Source: Phoronis australis
Lineage: Eukaryota > Animalia > Phoronida
Length of the DNA: 64,000 nucleotides
Reading direction: 5' to 3'
NCBI GenBank assembly: GCA_002633005.1
Contig: NMRA01000746.1
Location: 105,041 to 169,040 of the forward strand
The notes beneath the pieces were generated by a model. The model ran no database searches and was not told where the DNA came from. It saw only the letters and a list, made by a program, of their open reading frames with translations. Below, piece after piece: positions 39,456 through 51,643 of the stretch. Positions within the stretch are counted from its first letter, which is position 1. Every line of letters starts with the position of its first letter. A program made the translations under genes and the position numbers.

Positions 39456-39976
39456 AATCTACTCCCTCCACCACATCCATTAACCTTCCCCACTCCCCAC
39501 CCCATTACCAACCAACCCCTTCCCCACTTCCAACCAACCCATTCCTTCCCACTCGCAGTCTATCCCCTCCCACCTATTCCCAACCAATTTTCTTGCACCC
39601 TAAATATCCCCAACCAACCGTTTCCCATCCACACTCTTAACTAACTCGCCCATTTCCAACCTACTCCCATAACCAAACAAACCCCTCCCTTCCCCGCTTC
39701 CAACCAACCCATTCTATCCCCGCTCCCAACAAACTCATTCCAACCCCCATTCCCAATTTGCTCCCTCCTCTCTCCATTCCCAAGAAACCCACCATCATTC
39801 CTTCTAGCCAAAGCACAACTATCCAGATTGTATGGCAACAAAAGAGGGGAAATTGGTCTCATGACTACTAACATTAGGTGGAAATATGCTGCGAAAAATT
39901 GTCACTTTGTTATGCAAATTCATGAAATTTAATTTGTTGATCATTGTAACAGTTGCTATTGGCTTGACAGTAAGAG

Positions 39977-40338
39977 TTAAGGCCACACCACCTGATGGTA
40001 AGATGGTGGAACAACCAGTTTGCCTTTTTCACTTCTCACTCTTGGATTTTCTAACAGTTGCTGTTGATATGGGATTGGAATGCCGAAGTTCAGATAAAGG
40101 GTGCGTAGTCGTTCTCCTTCATTGTGAGGCAATTCGTCTTCCACTGGGAACAAAATGTCCTCGTTAGGGTCTTCATAGGTGTTGTAATTGCCGGAGAGGA
40201 CAACCCAATACAATGCAGTGACGGACAGTGCTAGAATCTGTACTGCAAATAGCAAAGACGGGTTCACTATGGTGATGAGCAGAAGGAAACCTAGAATAGC
40301 TCCAGTCTCATAGTCCAGTTCTGTTGCGTCGTCATTAC
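39977..40338 (-). CDS. Phase-1 exon with a hydrophobic (probable transmembrane hairpin) segment, open to a stop; possible terminal exon
   Basis: ttttacag acceptor; translation GNDDATELDYETGAILGFLLLITIVNPSLLFAVQILALSVTALYWVVLSGNYNTYEDPNEDILFPVEDELPHNEGERLRTLYLN...VVWP*. A near-identical partial copy lies at 42861-43095. Confidence 0.65.
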
Positions 40339-40822
40339 CTGTAAAAGATCAAAGTAAGCTGTTGAAGTCATTGAATGACTTCTTATTACATGCTAAAGTT
40401 CGTGTCCACACAGTGCAGGCAATCATAGTTTTGGACAAAAATTATTATTTTCAGATTCAGCCCTCCAAATATTAATCTAAAATTCTATGATAAATACAGT
40501 TCGTACAGAACTTGAATATTTTATGTAGTACAGTAATTCTTTGCCTATGTAATGAATAATATGGCAGGCAAGTGAAATGTTGCTTTGTCAAATTTTCATC
40601 AAAACATTACAAAAATGTTAATGTTTTATTACTTTGGTTTGCACTACGTAAATGCCACAAAACAACATTTGGTAAAGCTCCCATTATTTACAGCCACTGA
40701 CAAATGGAGAAGTATGACAGTTTTGGAATTATTTTTATGCCGTCGTAGAATCAGGTTTATGTAAACATGTAGCTACTAACATTTTTAATATCTGATGCAT
40801 TTCAAAGCTTCTTTTTGCAGTA

Positions 40823-42235
40823 CCGTATTCGCCGTAATAACCGCCCAGGGCGCTTAGAAAAGTTAAGTTCAGGGGGGGCGCTTATTATAACCCAAGGCGG
40901 TTGAAACCCGGTCGCCGAAACGGGTGAAATCGGAAGCTAAGATTCAGCAAATTTAAGTTCTGTGACGTATCTGCAATCTATGAAAGACTTCCAACAAAAC
41001 TGTGGTGCATTGCTATCAAACTTTGCTGCTAAATCACGATCATTTTACAGAAACTTGTGCTGAAATCCCAGGGCGAAAACTTGCCGACTGACGGCATGCC
41101 TCAAAATTGCCGTCTTTGATATGGCGACTTCAATGCTTGAATAAAAACAGTTTCGACTCAAGCAAATTACCTGAAATCCTCATTAAGTTTTCTAAGTAGC
41201 GCCCCTAAGACTTTTTTTTAGGTTCCCGTGGAGTCTGGATTTACGGCAGTTTTAAGTACAAAGCTGCGCAACATCAGCAACACGGCGAGAAAAATGTCTG
41301 GACGAACACACATGTTGTTGTCACGTGACGTTTGTTTTGAAGTTCGTCTGCGAGTAAGCGAGCACGTGCGTGTAACCAGAGTTCATTTGCCAAAGCAGGG
41401 ACCGTCTTTTGGCCACAGCCACGCAATCTAATGAGCTAGATGTGCATTGCGTCTAAAGAAATTTGCACAAGCAGTAGGCCTACACCAGAGCGTGTTTCAT
41501 TCAGCACTTGCTGGTCTCCTGCTAAAAACGTTCGACATTTGTTTCGGTAAGGCCCATATTAGTCGCCGTGTAGCTGGATGCGTACGTAACTATCTGACAG
41601 TTATTTTTCGGTGTAAGGGTGTGTAAGCATTCGCTGTCAGTTGTCATTTTATCGGATATTCGGCTTAAAAACACCAATTATGGTTAATCAAACAATCCAT
41701 CTAAAAAATAAGGCAAACATGTTTTATAGTATTAGAAAATGTCGGAAATTAGGGCCAATATTCATTTCTTACCGATGCTATGCTACCCGTTTCATGAATG
41801 GATAGTTCCCGACTAATGTCTTTGATGACAGCTAGGTTCATATATGTAGCGCGCGCTTTTTGGCCACGTGCGTTCAACACCGAGTTATTTTTATTCATGA
41901 GACAGTCTATGTGTCTGTATTGAAAGGTCAGACCATAGTGGGACACGGTCGTCGCGAAAGTAGCAACGCTGTTGCGTTCTTTTTGAAGCGCTGTGTTACT
42001 TTGAAGTGCATAGTCACGGCTAAATACAAACGTAGCAGTGCCGCTGGTGGTCTAGAGGACCCGTGCAAAACTTTTTTGATAAATTGAAGACGTTAGTGTA
42101 GCCGAGTTTTAGGACTGAAGGTACGTCATTGTTCGCATGTACAAGTTCATGGACTGGGCGCTTATTTCAGTAAAGTCTGAAAACGCGTGGGGGGGGCGCT
42201 TATAGGGGCATGGGCAGTTATTACGGCAAAAACAG
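40823..42235 (+). mobile_element. Family A element, complete ends; empty site at about 43592
   Basis: gcagTA|ccgtattcgccgtaataaccgccc...gggcagttattacggcaaaaacag|TGtgcaagctatttg versus empty gcagTAtgcaaactatttg; carries a half HIRAN-like ORF (41860-42087). Confidence 0.92.
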
Positions 42236-42457
42236 TGTGCAAGCTATTTGAACTCATTAACATTATCTATTATCAGGTGTCGTGTAACCAATCTTTCGGT
42301 TGAAGAATTAGTCAATTGTGGGAACATAAAGGTCTGGTTAACTCAGTCACAAACCACATGGAAATGCATCTTATTAGTAGTGAAACATCAATTTATGAAA
42401 AACTATGTAAAATGTCTAATTATCAGTACCAAGATGAATTATATCTGTTACCAGTAC

Positions 42458-45400
42458 CAGCAATAATCTGGGGTCCAAGTGCATGGTTGATGGGATCCAG
42501 TTGTCTCTCGTGGAGGATTTCATCAGCAACATTAACAACATCTCTTGGTACAAGATGTTCGCGAAGATCATCTGGTGGCCAGGGTACGATGTTATCTAAA
42601 ATGCACAAAATCTGGTCATGCTAAACAGTGACGACAAGTGTTATGGTCTGCCATGCATTCAACTAAGTTACAGTCACAAAGTTTTTAGAATATGACAAAG
42701 AAAGAGAATAATCAATGCATCCTCTCCTTTTTTTATGAACGTTTATTTACTAATCTAGATGTTCTCAACTTCATGATTGTGTGGACATTTTTAGAATGCT
42801 TCACAAATTCTTAAGTGAACAAGCAGCTGGAACAGTTTTTTGTGAAACTATTGTGAGGGNCGTAGTCGTTCTCCTTCATTGTGAGGCAATTCGTCTTCCA
42901 CTGGGAACAAAATGTCCTCGTTAGGGTCTTCATAGGCGTTGTGATTGCCGGAGAGGACAACCCAATACAATGCAGTGACGGACAGTGCTAGAATCTGTAC
43001 TGCAAATAGCAAAGACGGGTTCACTATGGTGATGAGCAGAAGGAAACCTAGGATAGCTCCAGTCTCATAGTCCAGTTCCGTTGCGTCGTCATTACCTGTA
43101 AAAGATCAAAGTAAGCTGTTGAAGTCATCGAATGACTTCTTATTACATGCTAAAGTTCGTGTCCGCATAGTGCAGGCAATCATAGTTTTGGACAAAAATA
43201 ATTATTTTCAGATTCAGCCCTCCAAATATTAATCTAAAATTCTATGATAAATACAGTCCGTACAGAACTTGAATATTTTATATAGTACGGTAATTCTTTG
43301 CCTATGTAATGAATATTATGGCGGGCAAGTGAAATGTTACTTTGTCAAATTTTCATCAAAACATTACAAAAATGTTAATGTTTTATTACTTTGGTGTGTG
43401 CTATGTAAATGCCACAAAACAACATTTGGTAAAGCTCCCATTATTTACAGCAAGGTGATTGGCCACTGAAAAATGGAGAAGTATAACAGTTTTGGAATTA
43501 TTTTTGTGCTGTTGTAGAATCGGGTTTATGTAAGCATGTAGCTACTAACATTTTTTAATATCTGATGCATTTCAAAGCTTCTTTTTTGCAGTATGCAAAC
43601 TATTTGAACTCATTAACATTATCTATTATCAGGTGTCGTGTAACCAATCTTTCGGTTGAAGAATTAGTCAATTGTGGGAACATAAAGGTCTGGTTAACTC
43701 AGTCACAAACCACATGAAATGCATCTTATTAGTTGTGAAACATCAATTTATGAATTATAGCTGTTAACAGTACCGGCAATAATCTGGGGTCCAAGTGCAT
43801 GGTTGATGGGATCCAGTTGTCTGTCGTGGAGGATTTCATCAGCAACACGAACAACATCTCTTGGTACAAGATGTTCGCGAAGATCATCTGGTGGCCAGGG
43901 TACGATGTTATCTAAAATGCACAAAATCTGATCGTGCTAAACAGTGACGACAAGTGTTATGGTCTGCCATGCATTCAACTAAGTTACAGTCACAAAGTTT
44001 TTAGAATATGACAAAGAAAAAGAATAATCAATGCATCCTCTCCTTTATTTATGAAGGTTTATTTACTAATCGAGATGTTCTCAACTTCATGATTGTGCGG
44101 ACATTTTTAGAATGCTTCACAAATTCTTAAGTGAACAAGCAGCTGGAACAGTTTTTTGTGAAACTATTGTGAAGGATCAGTTATGAGTTAAGATTTCATA
44201 TTTCGGTGCTGAAATGTATTAAACAAACACATGTCATTAATGTTCTTGAATCATAGTTGTGGTCTTCAGTGGTACCATTAATATGAGGCTCTTGTGCACA
44301 GTTGATGTTATCCATTTGCCTCCATTGCTGAGTTCCATCCTCGCCATTTGCGATGTCTCTTGGTACAAGATCAGAGAGGTCTGGTGACCAGGGTATGATG
44401 TTATCTAAAATACACAAAACCTGTGCATGTTAAACAAGTACAACACTTGTTATGGTCAGTCATACATCCACCAAGTAACAGTGTCTTAAGTTTTTGGAAA
44501 GTTACTCATCTCCATGATAATGAGGATATTTTTAGGATGCTTCACAAATTCTTCAGTAAACAAGCCACTGGAAGTTTGGTGTGAAGATTTGAATGACTAG
44601 TGAAAGGTTAAAATTTGTAATTTGGTTTTGAGTTATGTGGAACAAACACGTCAAATGGGTTGTATCGTAGTTGTGGTCTTGATACCATTACTATGAGGTT
44701 CTTTTGCGCAGCTGATGTTATCCATTTGCTTCCGTTGTTGAGTTCCATTCTCACCATTTGCCACTTCTCTTGGTACAAAATTTTCTGTATCTGGTGGCCA
44801 GGGTATGATGTTATTAATATTTTTAAGTATCCTTTATTCTTGGGTTAGAATGTTGACTTTTGACGTTCAATGCATATTTAGCTAGTAGTTTGCAAAATGG
44901 TGGCATTAAAAAGAAATTACGTAGAACAACTCTAGCAATTTCTGTTGTCAGTGAAACAGTCTTTCAACAAGTACTGAATAACACTTAGATTCTTGCATTT
45001 TTTACCTTGTGACAAAGAGGTCCTGTCCTTTGTCATTTTTAAGCAATGCAGCTCATAATTACCTGCAGCATTGTTGGTTGCATAACTAAGTGGCACTTGG
45101 TCCCCTGTTGTTAAAGGATTGGGTCCCTGGTGGAAACCAGCTGGATTTACCAAAGTATCTGAAATAGATACAACGATTAGTGAGCGTTGTACAATGTATG
45201 CAATATATATTTAGGTAATGTAACAGACAATTGAAATTACATTTTATCAAACTATTTCCTTTAAGAAAATGACTTCCTAGAAATCTTTACTTTGTTCTTA
45301 ACATTGGTTGCACAATTTACATGCCACCAAAACAAAATTTTGAGCGTTTGAGCTATAAGCCTATGAAAAAATAGAGCAGTGTAGAAAATCGTTGATCTGC

Positions 45401-46746
45401 GTTGTGATTGTAGCTAATACAATGCCTATATATGTTACTTTTCTCTGAGGTGTGATGTTCTTTCAACCTGTCACAGAGGAGTCTCTGTGTGAGTCCTATA
45501 TAGAATTCCTTACAGTTGTCACATTCAACCTTGTACACAACATTGCTCTTGTTCAATAAAGGGATGGGTGACTTCAGTTTACACAGCATATTGGAAAGTT
45601 TCCGAAGAGGTTTGAAAACAACCATCAGTTCAACTGCTGTGTCTATGCAATGAATAAGGCGAGATAATTGGCGTTTCAATTTTATACTACGTGGCCCGGT
45701 ATAACCAAGAGAAAAGAAAACTTTCTTTTTCTCGGGTCCAATAACAGCTATCTTATCTGCCTCATTGGTTTTTGAAAGAAAGTGCCTTTTACAGCTATTC
45801 AGAAAATTCAGAGGGTAACCATTGGAACGCAATAACTGGAAAATCATAGCTACATCACTTTCAAAATTTAAATTGGTGGAGCAGATTCTCCAGGCATGGT
45901 GCAACAAGCAATTGACTAAACCTCTCTTGTACTGGATAGGCACAAAACTATCAAATTTAAGATAGGGCTTACGATACACAGATGTAACAACGGTGCTATT
46001 ATCACGTTTAACCAAGACATCTAGAAAAGGTAAACACGACTCGCGCTCAGATTCAATGGTGAAGTTGATGGACTGAAGCATATTGTTCATGTGATTAAAA
46101 ACGGTGTTAACTGATATCTTGGATGAAAACACAACAAATGTATCATCCACATACCTGCGATAAAATTGTGGTTTACAATCCGGTGGACAACTTAAGCCAG
46201 AGCCTAAGTCTCGAGATTGCACATGAAAATATTAGCTAACACTGGTCCCAGGGGTGAACCCATGGCTACTCCGTCAATCTGATCATAAAAGTTATCATCA
46301 AACAGAAAATGGTTCTGTTTAACAGCGATCGTGAGCAACTTAGTACGTAATTGGTTACGAGTTCCGATTTAGATATTGAGAAAGATGTGAAAATTTATCA
46401 AAATTGTTACAAGTGAGCAAGGCTTCATACATCCAGAATTTTGCAAGCTGGATGTCTTAAATGACCCCAATTTTCAAGTGGGCATCAGTTTNAGCCACTG
46501 GAAGTTTGGTGTGAAGATTTGAATGACTAGTGAAAGGTTAAAATTTGTAATTTGGTTTTGAGTTATGTGGAACAAACACATGTCAAATGGGTTGAATCAT
46601 AGTTGTGGTCTTGATACCATTACTATGAGGTTCTTTTGCGCAGCTGATGTTATCCATTTGCTTCCGTTGTTGAGTTCCATTCTCACCATTTGCCACTTCT
46701 CTTGGTACAAAATTTTCTGTATCTGGTGGCCAGGGTATGATGTCAT
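42458..46746 (-). CDS. Cluster of paralogous phase-1 exons starting DNI(V/I)PW: 42458-42595, 43774-43911, 44276-44404; acceptor-less copies 44686-44814 and 46618-46746
   Basis: ttttag|ATAACATC acceptors, G|GTA donors at the homologous position, lengths 138/138/129 bp (multiples of 3), open frames, and homologous intron flanks. Confidence 0.6.
45063..45158 (-). CDS. Phase-1 symmetric exon, 96 bp: DTLVNPAGFHQGPNPLTTGDQVPLSYATNNAA (duplicate at 46997-47092)
   Basis: atttcag acceptor, CAG|gtaatt donor, open frame. Confidence 0.65.
45353..46342 (-). mobile_element. Penelope-like element fragment (RT + GIY-YIG), frameshifted copy
   Basis: GVAMGSPLGPVLANIFM, YRRYVDDTF, LPFLDV, VYKVEC..C...YIGLT; frameshift near 46195. 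Confidence 0.93.
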
Positions 46747-47286
46747 TAATATTTTTAAGTATCCTTTATTCTTGGGTTAGAATGTTATGACTTATGACGT
46801 TCAATGCATATTTAGCTAGTAGTTTGCAAAATGGTGGCATTAAAAAGAAATTACGTAGACCCACTCGAGCAATTTCTGTTGTCAGTGAAACAGTCTTTCA
46901 ACAGGTGCTGAATAACACTTAGATTTTTGCATTTTTTACCTTGTGACAAAGAGGTCCTGTCCTTTGTCATTTTTAAGCAGTGCAGCTCATAATTACCTGC
47001 AGCGTTGTTGGTTGCATAACTAAGTGGCACTTGGTCCCCTGTTGTTAAAGGATTGGGTCCCTGGTGGAAACCAGCTGGATTTACCAAAGTATCTGAAATA
47101 GATACAATGATTAGTGAGCATTGTACAATGTGTGCAATATATATTTAGGTAATGTAACAGACAATTGAAATTACATTTTATCAAACTATTTTCTCTAAGA
47201 AAATGACTTCCTAGAAATCTTTACTTTGTTCTTAACATTGGTTGCACAATTTACATACCACCAAAACAAAGTTTTGAGCCTTTGAG

Positions 47287-48282
47287 TTATAATCCTATGA
47301 AAAAATAGAGCAGTGTAGAAAATCGTTGATCTGCGTTGTGATTGTAGCTAATACAATGCCTATATATGTTACTTTTCTCTGAGGTGTGATGTTCTTTCAA
47401 CCTGTCACAGAGGCGTGTGAGTCCTATATAGAATTCCTTACAGTTGTCACATTCAACCTTGTACATAACATTGCTCCTGTTCAATAAAGGGATGGGTGAC
47501 TTCAGTTTACACAGCATATTGGAAAGTTTCCGAAGAGGTTTGAAAACAAGTATCAGTTCAACTGCTGTGTCTATGCAATGAATAAGGCGAGATAATTGGC
47601 GTTTCAATTTTATACTACGTGGCTGGGTATAACCAAGAGAAAAGAAAACTTTCTTTTTCTTGGGTCCAATAACAGCTATCTTATCTGCCTCATTGGTTTT
47701 TGAAAGAAAGTGCCTTTTACAGCTATTCAGAAAATTCAGAGGGTAACCATTGGAACGCAATAACTGGAAAATCATAGCTACATCACTATCAAAATTTAAA
47801 TTGGTGGAGCAGATTCTCCAGGCATGGTGCAACAAGCAATTGACTAAACCTCTCTTGTACTGAATAGGCACAAAACTATCAAATTTAAGATAAAGCCCAG
47901 AAAAACTGGGCTTATGATACACAGATGTAACAACGGTGCTATTATCACGTTTAACCAAGACATCTAGAAAAGGTAAACACGACTCGCGCTCAGATTCAAT
48001 GGTGAAGTTGATGGACTGAAGCATATTGTTCATGTGATTAAAAACGGTGTTGACTGAGCTCTTGGATGAAAACACAACAAATGTATCATCCACATACCTG
48101 CGATAAAATTTTGGTTTACAATCCGGTGGACAACTAGCCAGAGCCTCAGTCTCGAGATTGCACATGAAAATATTAGCTAACACTGGTCCCAGGGGTGAAC
48201 CCATGGCTACTCCGTCAATCTGATCATAAAAGTTATCATCAAACAGAAAATGGTTCTGTTTAACAGCGATCGTGAGCAACTT
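47287..48282 (-). mobile_element. Penelope-like element fragment (RT + GIY-YIG), 330-aa open frame, truncated at both ends
   Basis: Same motifs in one ORF; same breakpoints and flanks as 45353-46342. Confidence 0.95.
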
Positions 48283-50940
48283 AGTACGTAATTGGTTACG
48301 AGTCCGGATTTAGATATTGAGAAAGATGTGAAAACTTATCAAAATTGTTACAAGTGAGCAAGGCTTCATACATCCAGAATTTTGCAAGCTGGATGTCTTA
48401 AATGACCCCAATTTTCAAGTGGGCATCAATTTTTCTGACTAAGGGCATAGCAATGCTGTCGTGTTGATTTAAGGTTCTTGTCATGCCACACCAGTTTTTA
48501 AAAGTTGGTCAATTGTTGCAAAATATTTAAGAAGGGTAAGATACAGTGCTATTAAATGTGTAATGTTGCCTTAAATAAAGATTACGAAGTCATACAGAAA
48601 GATTACCTAAAATAACCCATACATAATACCAAATAGAAAAGCCAGTGCAATTTAAAGCTAATGATGCTTAAAACAGCTTGTGAAAGGCAGATGGCTTACA
48701 AGTTAGCAGATCCTGTGCTGTCCAGCACTGCACTTGAAGCTAGACCAAGTCTAGTTTCAACTTTCATGTAGGTAACTGCACAGTAGTTAAATAAATCTAG
48801 TTAAAGTGTATCCACTGAATTCAGATAAAGTTATACCATATTTTCAAATGAGAATAAAACTGGCCATCTTAGTAATGCTGTTTTTTAAGTGTACCCTTGC
48901 AAAACATTTTTTACTTTTTGCTAAATTTAACTGAAAATCGTCCAAATTGAAGGCAGATTAGTGTGAAGTATGCAGAAGGTTAGTCATTCTGCACTTTTGT
49001 GGGTAATTGACTCAGAACGCAGCCTACTTGCATTATTGTTTACCTAGTTTTAACAGTTCACAGATTAAATTAAAGCTGACAGATACTCATTACGGTATTT
49101 ACGGTATTACCATCTAGTCGGAAGAGCATGAGTTAGCAGGACAGCAGACTAGATGTGTTGCGAAAATTGTGTCAGTCACTATAATCAGCGTATTGTCTAT
49201 AAATAAAATAACACTTTACAAGGAACAATATTTGCTAGCTGGGTTACACACGAAGAAGGGTTAATACACGATTTTAAAACTGGGAGTACAAATTTCCCAA
49301 AAATTTGACAGAACACACCTTGCTCTTGCCAGGCACTAGTGGTCTACTGGTACTGCTGTGCTACGTGGTAGGTATGCCTACCCATCTAATAGCATAGTAC
49401 AGTTAAAAATAAGTTTCATTGGCAAAGCATAAACCATTTCTTTATTCAATGACTTTAAATGGAAGTCTATACAGTTGCGTTTAAAACAGTATGCGGAAAC
49501 ATTTTGCTAAAGAATACCAGTGATGTCAATGTCGACTAAATATTCTGACATACAGATTAACTTTTTAGCAGCTACGTCCTGCCTTCCCACTATGTAGACA
49601 GTGGTGTTTTGGTAAATGAGTCACATGTTTGTCATAGGTGTCATAGTAGTAAAACAGATTGGACTAAAAACAATGACAGCCATGCTCCACTCTGTAGGTA
49701 ACAACATGCACCAAATCTCATGAACATCCATCAAGAATTATGTGAATCTTGAGGCACAGGCAAGAAACAAAATTGGCATTAGGGGGTGCCGCAGAATTGT
49801 GTTCAATTGAAAATTAATATGAGCGGTGCTCTCCTCCATAGGAACAGGGATTACACTAGAACATTCATCAATTAATTAAATTCATAGATATGCTGGTAGA
49901 AACATTAAACAAAAGTTCAGTAAGGAGGCCATGGTAGCCAGACCCATCTCAAAGTAAATGTAAGCTGTGCTCAGTGTCCAACATTCTGAGCTTATATGTC
50001 CAATCCAAACTCATAAAACAATTCTCAGCCAGGACAGTAAACCCTATGTTAGGCTGTGTTAAGTTGGACAGTTGCTGACTAAGCCTAAATATTGAACAGG
50101 ACATCTGCCTAATTGTATATCGAGGATTTGATCAGTTTGGCAGGTGAAGAGGTGGACGCAAAAAACGGACTTGAAATAATAAAAAATCCCATGCGGAATC
50201 AGTGGAATACATCCAAAACTGGGAAGGTGTCATCTTTGTTTCAGATCGGTCGTTACACACTGGGACAAACACGAAAATGAAATTGGTATTAGAGGAAGAG
50301 CAATAGTCAGGTCGTGTTATTGTTGTCATACTCCATCATTAGCTTGATAGGAACACATCCACTAAATTCCATGAAGTTCTTGCGAGGGTTTAGGCGAGCT
50401 GGCTGCACTTGCCTTATGTCCATAGACCGAGGTGATTGTAAGTTTGTACACTCTCATAGTGTTCGTATGTGGGTGCATAAAAGTATAAATATTAGCGAAA
50501 ACTTTTGTCAGAATTGAAAGTTTTTATTGTAATTATTGTAACATTCAGAAGTGTGACTGTTTGCTAAGCTGAAATAAAACAATCTTTGGTTTTTATCATT
50601 TCTATTAAGAATAACTGTTATGAAGCTGAATATCAAATGGTGAAGGAAAAGCAGTTCTCTAGTGAAAACCTCTTAGTTTTTTGAAAACTTACTAGATATC
50701 CATTGTTCTGTAATTATGTCGTTAGGAAGTGGGATTGCTTTCATTAAAACAATGTGATGTGGAGCCAAAGTTGAAATTTCCACCTTTTCCTGATGAATTA
50801 CAACAATTTTTCAGCACAGCTTGTAACATTGTTGGTAATATCTAGTGATGACAAGTGCATGCACCCATATGAACAGAATTGTCTATATTCCTCCCATGCA
50901 AGATCCGTAGTACCGTTCTGGTATTAGTTTTAATACAAAC

Positions 50941-50997
50941 CTCCAACTGGAATCTCCTCCAGAGACCCATAGCCACTTGTATTTTTCTTTTTTAGGT
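50941..50997 (-). CDS. Phase-1 exon, 57 bp: DLKKKNTSGYGSLEEIPVG
   Basis: ttttgtttcag acceptor, AG|gtttgt donor; the counterpart at 54265-54348 differs in length by an in-frame 27 bp. Confidence 0.6.
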
Positions 50998-51643
50998 CTG
51001 AAACAAAAAATACACTCTCTTAAGAGAGGTCATTTATCAAAGTGATGCATGAAAATCTTCTGAAAAGAAAATTGGCCTTAGTGCTGTGGGTTTAAATTAT
51101 TTGTAACACTGTCTTAATGTGTAGTTATTCAAAATAAGAATCATGAAAGTATTAGTGGCTCATAATCGTATATTATAAGCACTTAAAAGTACAGTACAAG
51201 ACAAAAGTATTTCCACAAAATTTCGGCTGTATTTTGTTAAGAGCAAAAACCTCCCTGAAACAATCAAGGCTTGACCGCTTGAGTGCTAATCGTTTCTGGG
51301 TATTTCAGTGAGATCAATATTGGTGTTTTTCAATGTTATGTACAGGTTTGTGGTGAAAGGCACAATGGTATTAAATCATTTGATCAACAATTTAGGAACC
51401 AGAAGAAACTTAAGAAAGAACAGTATTTCTATGTTTAATCTGCTCATACACTGCCTGGTGACTATAAATAAACACTTATTTCTTAGAATTTCCCTCAGGC
51501 CAGTCAGACTCATTTTCAACAAATAGTTATTGACCTCACTGTAACATAACTTAAGATATAACAAATGCAGCCTGATTCAGTTTTCAGCACATAAGTCAGT
51601 TGGCTTGTGCCTCTCTGTCCCGATTAATCTTTAGCTAACAAAA

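Noticed and set aside
39013-39511. QPTPSHS / GSWLGVG / GRELVGS repeat proteins
   Set aside because: Stop-free 21-bp minisatellite open on both strands; no synonymous variation or splice support.
40080-40140. PHNEGERLRTL resembling the PxNExERLxAL lead-in of bacterial GAF domains
   Set aside because: No GAF-like sequence follows; the short similarity is likely chance.
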